From the NCBI GenBank assembly GCA_964016885.1, contig CAXHJY010000184.1:692770-756769 (forward strand): a DNA stretch of 64,000 nt. Direction: 5' to 3'. The position numbers were made by a program, and so were the translations under genes. Positions 53,030 through 64,000 of this stretch are shown here, one piece after another (the stretch's first letter is position 1; each line of letters opens with the position of its first letter). The notes beneath the pieces are model-generated. The model was not told where the DNA came from. It was given only the letters and a program-made list of their open reading frames with translations, and made no database searches. This DNA is from Eledone cirrhosa. Lineage: Eukaryota.

Positions 53030-53366
53030 ATCTCCCCGCTCGGACACCTCGCCTCCCTCTCCTCACTCCTCCCGCCACCCCTACACGCCCCACACCCTTC
53101 CACCACCTGTTTTACTTCATGTTTATTTTTATTTTTATCATGCTTTTATATTTAATTTCATTTGTACCGTTTCCTCTCACCCCCTTTTTTCTATGTCTCT
53201 CCACCACTCTCCTACACACCCTTGGAACTCTCTTCCCACACACTTTTCACCTGAAGCAGGGCTCATGCCCGAAACGTCGTTCCCCACCACCACGCCACTC
53301 CCAAGAGCATGAAACTAATAAACCTTTGTTCGTACTGCCTCTCTGTTTTGTTCCCGTTCAATTTTT

Positions 53367-53370
<4 letters not shown>
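53030..53370 (+). mobile_element. Penelope-like terminal repeat with a minimal hammerhead-ribozyme-like motif
   Basis: CTGAAGCAGGGCTCATGCCCGAAACGTC at 53251-53278 (CUGAnG core, GGGC/GCCC stem, GAAAC-GUC), then AATAAA. (TA)n on both sides. Confidence 0.55.
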
Positions 53371-53407
<37 letters not shown>

Positions 53408-54763
53408 AAAGTTCTATTTAAAATTGTTGGGATACAACAAGTAAATATTTTTATAACTGATATAAAGCACTCGACAAGTATTTGGAGTAGATATACGATA
53501 TTAATAAATGGAAACTATATTTATAAAACCATATTTATTTCATTATACATATTTCAGGGATACCAAATTAAATTATGGTATGGCTTCATCAGACAAAATA
53601 CAATATATAACAGTTTTACAAATAAGCTTTGACGTACCCTTTTAAAATGCGACCATTATTTTTGGAAGCCATCTGGATAGTGAATTGTTTATATTATTTT
53701 AATAAGTCTTAGTGTTAAGGACAATTAGAAAAAGACGGAGAGAAAAAAGATGGAGAGAGAGAAAAAAGAAAGAAAAAAAAGAAAAAAAAGAAAAAAAGAA
53801 AAAAAGAAAAAAAGAAAAAAAGAAAAAAGAAAAAAAGAAAGAAGAAGAAAGAAAAAAGAAAAAAGAAAAAAGAAAAAAGAAAAAAAGAAAACAAAAAACA
53901 AAAAAAAACGTGGAGAAATATCGGAGAGAAATGCATGGAGAAAAAAGGAAGAGATAAATAAAGACAGGAGGAAAGAAAGAAAAAAGAAAAAACATATATA
54001 TATACATATACATATATACATATATACATATATACATACATATATACATATATATATACATATATATATAACAATTAAGTCAAAGATGTACATCCATATA
54101 TGTATACTGAAATACTAGTATGTATATGAATACACACACGTATACATATGTAGATGTACCAAGTTTTTTTTTTTCACTGATCACTTTACTGTGAGTGGCC
54201 AGCTATTCTGTATGTAAACACACAGACAAACCGGTTTTTAGAGTCATACTGGTTTTTGAGGAAACACCTTTCCTCTATTCTCCAGAAAGCCAGACAAGGA
54301 ATATTGAGCGTCAGTCATACAAAAGTGAGTTACAAACGAAACGAAATTTAATTTCGTTTCGTTATTTGTTTGCATATATATATACATATACATATATACA
54401 TATATATATACATATATATACATACATATATATATACATATATATACATACATATATATATATATATATACATACATATATATATATATATATACATACA
54501 TATATATATACATATATATACATATACATATATATACATATATATATACATATATATATACATATATATACATATACATATATATACATATATATATACA
54601 TATATATACATATATATACATATATATATACATATATATATATATACATATATATATACATATATATATACATATATATATATATACATATACATATATA
54701 TATACATATATATACACATATATATATATATACATATACATATATATATACATATATATACAC

Positions 54764-54867
<104 letters not shown>

Positions 54868-54889
54868 ATACATATATATACACATATAA

Positions 54890-55135
<246 letters not shown>

Positions 55136-55215
55136 ATAATTAGCCGTCCAGAATTATCCGTCGAAACGGCTTGAGCTCAGCTGTCGGGGTCTTACTGGTT
55201 CCTATATATATATAC

Positions 55216-55247
<32 letters not shown>

Positions 55248-55248
<1 letters not shown>

Positions 55249-56239
55249 ACTTTGAATAACTTTGAAATGTTTTGGCCAGTATTGGCCCAGGCCATGTCTA
55301 ACTTAATAGCACCACCTGGCGAAGTCTTTCAATTCAGGATTTGGGCACCATGGCCCATTCGAGAAGAGAATTACTGTTTGCGGAGACATATCCGGGTGTG
55401 GGTGGTTTGTCCGGGATTACTTGGAGGAATTTGTCCAAAGACTTCTTGAATTTTGTGTGGTCAGTTTCTGTTTTGACGTGTCCTGGTGTGATGTTGAAGA
55501 GAGCAGGGCCGATTGAGGTGAAATAATTGTGCCGTATTGTTGTTATGAGTTGCGATTTAGATTTTTGAATGGGACGGATAGCACGGGGCCCAAGCCTTGG
55601 GTGTATCTTGAAGGCGATGCCAACATCATTTGGGCAGTGATGATGGAACATTTTCCACATCATGCAGATAATATAACGCTCACGGCGACGTTGGAGTGAG
55701 TAAAGTTTCAGGTTTTCTAATCGACCCCAGTAGTCAAGGTCTGACATGCCATCTATCTTTTTCGTGATTGCCCTTTGAGGAGCTTCAAGTTTCATGATAC
55801 TTTGTTTCGTGTGGGGAGACCACAGTGGACAACAGTATTCAAGGTGTGGTCGGGCGAAAGTAGAGAAGAGAAGGATAATGGTGCGGGAATCTCTCGACTG
55901 GAAGGTTCTGAGGATCCAGGAACACATTCTGCGGGCCATGTCAACTTTGCTGCTTATATGCGTGGTCCAGCTTATGTTGCTGTCCACGGTTACTCCCAAG
56001 TCTCTGATGTTGTTAGATGCCACGAGAGTTTCCCCGGAGGGAAGGGAGTACGGGAGTTTCAGAGCATCCTCTTTTCCAAAGTGGATCAGTTCGAATGTCT
56101 TCGTTCAGTAACATGTTGTTCTTTTCTGCCCATTGGGTAACAGCCAGTAGGTCTGACTGAAGGCTTATCCGGTCATCCACGCCATTGATGACCTTTTGGA
56201 GCTTGGAATCATCAGCGAAAATTTTAATGTTGCTGTGTT

Positions 56240-56242
<3 letters not shown>
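55248..56242 (-). mobile_element. CR1-clade LINE 3' fragment in (TA)n
   Basis: [10 protein letters not shown]...LQSDL, then ORF 55334-56023 RDLGVTVDSNISWTTHI...RPHLEYCCPLWSP...LYSLQRRRER. Short tandem tail TTCAAAGTTATTCAAAGTT. Confidence 0.88.
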
Positions 56243-56321
<79 letters not shown>

Positions 56322-56330
56322 ATATATATA

Positions 56331-56375
<45 letters not shown>

Positions 56376-56514
56376 ATATATATATATGTGTGTATATATA
56401 TATATATATGTGTATATATATATATATATATGTGTATATATATATATATGTGTATATATATATATATATATATACATATATATATGTGTATATATATATA
56501 TATATATGTGTATA

Positions 56515-56555
<41 letters not shown>

Positions 56556-56560
56556 GTATA

Positions 56561-56644
<84 letters not shown>

Positions 56645-56652
56645 CATATATA

Positions 56653-56698
<46 letters not shown>

Positions 56699-56716
56699 TA
56701 CATATATATATATATA

Positions 56717-56770
<54 letters not shown>

Positions 56771-56777
56771 TACATAT

Positions 56778-57643
<866 letters not shown>

Positions 57644-57656
57644 TATATATACATAT

Positions 57657-57939
<283 letters not shown>

Positions 57940-58011
57940 CATATATATATACATATATATATATGTGTATATATATATATATGTATATATATATACACAT
58001 ATATATATATG

Positions 58012-58084
<73 letters not shown>

Positions 58085-58091
58085 GTGTATA

Positions 58092-58128
<37 letters not shown>

Positions 58129-58133
58129 GTGTA

Positions 58134-58170
<37 letters not shown>

Positions 58171-58287
58171 GTGTATATATATATATATATATACATAACG
58201 AAGGAAATGTGGTAAGGAACCAGGTGGACCATAACGCACCAAAGTACTCAATACTTGAGGTAGTAGAGTGGGTAATAGGAACCAGTA

Positions 58288-58337
<50 letters not shown>

Positions 58338-58386
58338 GTATATATATATGTATATATATGTATATATATATATATGTATATATATG

Positions 58387-58439
<53 letters not shown>

Positions 58440-58450
58440 GTATATATATG

Positions 58451-58521
<71 letters not shown>

Positions 58522-58562
58522 GTATATATATGTATATATATATATATATGTATATATATATG

Positions 58563-58849
<287 letters not shown>

Positions 58850-58852
58850 GTG

Positions 58853-58993
<141 letters not shown>

Positions 58994-58994
58994 G

Positions 58995-59025
<31 letters not shown>

Positions 59026-59075
59026 GTATATATATATATGTATATATGTATGTATGTATATATATATATATATAT

Positions 59076-59682
59076 GGTGGCTGCCAACTCGTTTTCGAGT
59101 ACGGCCACTACTTTATATCCATGTAGGAGAACCCCTACCGATGCGCTGAACGAGTGTGACTTTTTAGTCCAGCCAGCGACTTGAAAACTCTGGTACAAAC
59201 ACTACACTTGTGACAATTACTGACACATAGTGCTGGGCCCATGGTACCATGTGACGACAAGTGCAGAGAGATCTCCAGATATAAAGCAATGCCTGTGCCG
59301 TGAAGCTTTTATAGTGAGCAAAGGCACTGCACAAAGCCAGTCCCACTCTCTTAACCAAGATGATATTTACCAAAAAGAAGAACAAGTCAACATCATTGGA
59401 TACCATCAGGGTTGCAGGTGTTATATCAGAGTTTTCCTTCTCCTAGAATTCTGCCTTGACAAAGGCTAAGGGGTCATCTCTCCCGGTGATTTTGGATGGC
59501 CATTGACTCTTAAGAGCTCCTTTGCCCTTTGACAGGTTTTGTTTTTAGTCCTGCAGGATGTCCAAAGTCACCCTCCTCACCAAGAAACCTTGGTGGGGTT
59601 GCCAGTTTAGTCGCCAACGACCCGACCATGGGACAGGTTGTACTGGGATACATGTTACCAGTAGCACCAACTGGTGACCTGA
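59076..59682 (-). mobile_element. Non-coding island, possibly the 5' region of an RTE-type element
   Basis: GC-richer island between (TA)n tracts. Minus strand has AAGGCAGAATTCTAGGAGAAGGAAAACTCTG and GCTACTGGTA motifs that I associate with RTE 5' UTRs (recollection, unverified). Confidence 0.35.
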
Positions 59683-59683
59683 C

Positions 59684-59717
<34 letters not shown>

Positions 59718-59732
59718 GTATATATATATGTA

Positions 59733-59769
<37 letters not shown>

Positions 59770-59785
59770 GTATATATATATGTAT

Positions 59786-59851
<66 letters not shown>

Positions 59852-59855
59852 TGTA

Positions 59856-59908
<53 letters not shown>

Positions 59909-59963
59909 GTATATATATATGTATATATATATATATACACATATATATATCTATATGTATATA

Positions 59964-60078
<115 letters not shown>

Positions 60079-60220
60079 GTATATATATATGTATATATAT
60101 ATATATACACATATATATATATATATGATAAATATATATGTATATATATACAAATATATATATATATACACATATATATACTATATATACACATATATAT
60201 ACACATATATATATATATAT

Positions 60221-60277
<57 letters not shown>

Positions 60278-60291
60278 CTATATATATATAC

Positions 60292-60364
<73 letters not shown>

Positions 60365-60377
60365 GCATATATATATA

Positions 60378-60408
<31 letters not shown>

Positions 60409-60409
<1 letters not shown>

Positions 60410-63226
60410 CATCATCATCATCATCAACGTTTAACGTCCGTGTTCCACGCTTGCATGGGTTTGGACGGGGGTAGTCCCACTTGAGGCAAGAGTGATTGTC
60501 TTGCTCGCATAGAACAGGCGGTACGATGCCCCCCCCCCCCCCACCCCGCCCCCGGCCACTTCGCGATGCCCCTTCCTAACACCAACCACATTTACAGTGT
60601 GGGTCTGGGAGGTTTTTACCGTGTTGCCTACACGGCCACATTACAGCGTGGACTGTGTGTTTTTTTGTCGTGACACCTACACGATCTCATTTGTTTCGGC
60701 CTCGATGGCGCGGCACCAACATAACTTTACATAGAACGGGGTGGTGTGGATCGGGTGGGGGTGGGGGTGGTGGGACGGGGTGTATTTTGTTAGAGATGCC
60801 TACTGGCTGGAGTAGGTTTTACTATATATTTAGGTAAGGCGGGTCTTCTCTGTTACTGAGTACCGCCAAAGGTCTCGGTCCAGTGACATTGTCTTGGAGA
60901 GGTGTAAGTGTGTGATGTCGGAGTTATCAGCTCGTCCCAGGTTTTTCTAGGTCTGCCTATTCCGTGACTACCGTCTATCTTTATTGCCCTGCACATTGTT
61001 ATACAGCTATCGACTTTCATGCGCATCACGTGTCCATACCAACGTAGCCTTCTCTCGAGTAAACAACATCTGATCCCTCTTATCTCTAATTTATTCCTTA
61101 GTTCGTTTATGCTTTGCCGTTCACGTATATTACTGTTACACATCCAGCGGAGCATGCAAGCTTCGTTCCTCTCTAGTCTGCGTATATCCTCTGCACACAA
61201 TGCCCAGGTCTCACTGCCATGCAGCATTGCTGTTCGTATGCAGGCATCGTACAACCTGCCTTTCATTTTTAGTGAGAACCCTTTAGCAGCTAATAGTGGT
61301 ATAAGCTCTCTGAACTTTTTCCAACCAGTTCTGACTCTAGCTACAGTACTTTCAGAGCACCCTCCCCACTGCTGATTTTATCGCCCAGGTAACGGAAGCT
61401 GTCCACTATTTCTATAGAACCCTCTGCGCAATTGAAAGAGCTAGTAGTTTGTGGGCACTTGCTGCTACTTATTGCACCAGAGCACCGGCCACATGTAAAA
61501 TCTATGTTCTTAGTTAGCTTACCTGTGATCCCACTACATCTTTTATGCACCCATACTTTGCATTTAGGACATAAAATGGAGTTTCTACCTACGCCTTTCC
61601 TACACACCGAGCACGACCATTTCCCAGAAGGGACCGCCGCCTTGTTTTCTTTCCTACAAACTAGTACTTTGGTCTTAGCCAGGTTAATTTTAAGTCCTTT
61701 TGACTCTAGGCCGTGCTTCCATGTTTGGAATTTCTTCTCTAGCTCGGCCATTGATTCCGCTATGAGTGTCAGGTCGTCTGCGTATAGGAGTTCCCATGGG
61801 CAGCCTGTCTTGAACTCCTCTGTTATAGCCTGAAGGGCAATAATAAATAGTAGTGGACTGAGAACAGAGCCCTGATGGACGCCGACTTTTACGCTAAACT
61901 CTTCACTATATTCGTTGTTAATTCTAACCTTGCTGACTGTTTCTTTATACATGGCTTGTATAGCCCTCACAAGCCATTCGTCAACGCCTAGTTTTCTAAG
62001 AGCCCACCAGATAATGGAGCGGGGGACTCTGTCGAAGGCTTTCTCCAAGTCGACAAAAGCTAAGTAGAGGGGTTTACCTTTAGCTAGGTACTTCTCCTGT
62101 AGTTGTCGTACTATGAAAAGAGCGTCTGTGGTACTTTTGCCTGACACAAACCCGAACTGCATTTCATCTAGGTCAATTCTCTCTCTGATTAGTTGCGCTA
62201 TTACTCTTTCCGTGACCTTCATGACCTGGTCGATTAATTTAATGCCTCTATAGTTACTCCTATCTAGGGCGTCTCCTTTACCTTATAACAGTTAACGATG
62301 ATGCTGCTATGCCAGTCCTTCGGAACAACCCCGTTCTGTACGACTTGGTTAACTATGCGGGTGACCATGGTGTGTCCCACCGTGCCAGATGCCTTCAGCA
62401 TCTCAGCAACTATTTCCGAAGGCCCAGCCGCCTTACCAGTCTTCATATCCTTGATTGCCTTACTTATTATACTGCCCTCGACTAACACTGCTGGTCCCTC
62501 TATTGGGTCGATATGGGGGAGACTGCCTTTCTCCCATTATTCTCCTCATTTAGAAGCCTTTCATAGTGACACTTCCAAGCTACCTTCTTATCAGCGTCGG
62601 TGATGGCAAGTGTGCCATCGTCGTTTAGTACACACTTCTTCCCCGACAATATCACGGTTTTCCTTGACGCATTGCCTAGCAATCCTGAACACCTCACGTT
62701 TTTGGTCATCGCGTTGTAGAACATGCTTGAACTTTCTTTCCTCAGCTTCCCTTCTTGCTAAGTACACTTGTCTCCTAGCTTCCCTCCTGGCCACTTGATA
62801 GTCCTCTCTACTTCCCCCATCCCGCCATACTTTCCAAGCCTGCTTTTTGGCCTTAATTGACCCCTCCACCTTACTGTTCCACCACCATGTTACTCTCCTC
62901 CTGCCTACAGGCCTGCTCCAGCCACAGACCTCGTCTGTCGCCAACAGCAGGTTTGCTTTCAGAAATTCCCACTCTCCCTCTATATTGTCCGACTCTAAAT
63001 GTTCTTCCTTACTGTCGAAAGCATCAAGTAATATGCTTTGAAATTTATTCCTGGCTGTGGGGTCCTTTAGCTTCCATATTTTCCTCCTGAGGATAGTCCT
63101 CTTCTGTTGTCGAGTACGTCTCGTCCTGACTATGAGGTCGCTAATTAACAGTCTATGTTGGGAGGTGCATTCTTCATGGGGGAGGGATTTAGTGTTAACA
63201 ACAGACACTCTGTCACGTCTTCTGGT
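60409..63226 (-). mobile_element. RTE LINE (family A), 2.8 kb, 5'-truncated at the end of the APE domain, in (TA)n
   Basis: Frameshifted ORF pieces: 62591-63208 (SQHRLL, IWKLK, TWWWN), 62264-62488, 61341-62222 (RT: FVDLEKAFDRV, GVHQGSVLSP, YADD; Cys finger) and 60853-61266. (GAT)n tail at 60409. Confidence 0.95.
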
Positions 63227-63245
63227 ACATATATATATATGTGTA

Positions 63246-63282
<37 letters not shown>

Positions 63283-63304
63283 GTGTATATATATATATTA
63301 TATA

Positions 63305-63338
<34 letters not shown>

Positions 63339-63523
63339 TATAATATATATATATATATATGATATATATATATATATATATATATATACTATTCATACAT
63401 ATATATATACATACATATATATATACATACATACATATATATATACATACATATATATATACATACATACATATATATTACATACATACATATATATATA
63501 CATACATATATATATATACATAC

Positions 63524-63572
<49 letters not shown>

Positions 63573-63598
63573 ATATATACATACATATATATATATAC

Positions 63599-63647
<49 letters not shown>

Positions 63648-63833
63648 CATACATATATATATATATATAAATATATATATATACAATATACATATATATA
63701 TATATACATACATATATATATATACATAAATTATATATACATATATATATATAATAACATATATATATATAATATAGTATAATGATATATATGTATATTA
63801 TATATATATATATATACATACATACATACATAC

Positions 63834-63865
<32 letters not shown>

Positions 63866-63924
63866 GTATATGTATATATATTATATATATATACATACAT
63901 ACATACATACATATATATATATAC

Positions 63925-63971
<47 letters not shown>

Positions 63972-64000
63972 CATACATACATACATACATAAACATATAT

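Overview
AT-rich, repeat-dominated animal genomic DNA. The SINE families, RTE LINEs and very long (TA)n tracts suggest a coleoid cephalopod such as octopus (inference from repeat content only). The only host coding sequence I can support is one internal minus-strand exon (4606-4781) of an ABHD2-like alpha/beta-hydrolase. The rest is retrotransposon debris from at least five non-LTR clades (RTE, CR1-group, L1/Tx1, CRE, R4) plus Penelope-like pieces, tRNA-derived SINEs, hAT-, piggyBac- and Helitron-type non-autonomous DNA elements, many minisatellites and a ~10 kb (TA)n-rich zone at the right end. Most notable: (1) a nearly full-length Tx1-like LINE inside a 70-bp tandem array that is itself inside a TTAA-flanked piggyBac-like MITE, with an unexpanded sister MITE nearby; (2) an RTE family with a C4HC3 PHD-type finger after its RT core, whose copies and a partner SINE mostly sit in (TA)n; (3) many minisatellites traceable to specific segments of transposons; (4) inverted repeats bracketing the ABHD2 exon. 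Repeat boundaries and copy numbers were read by eye and are approximate unless a TSD or TIR is quoted.
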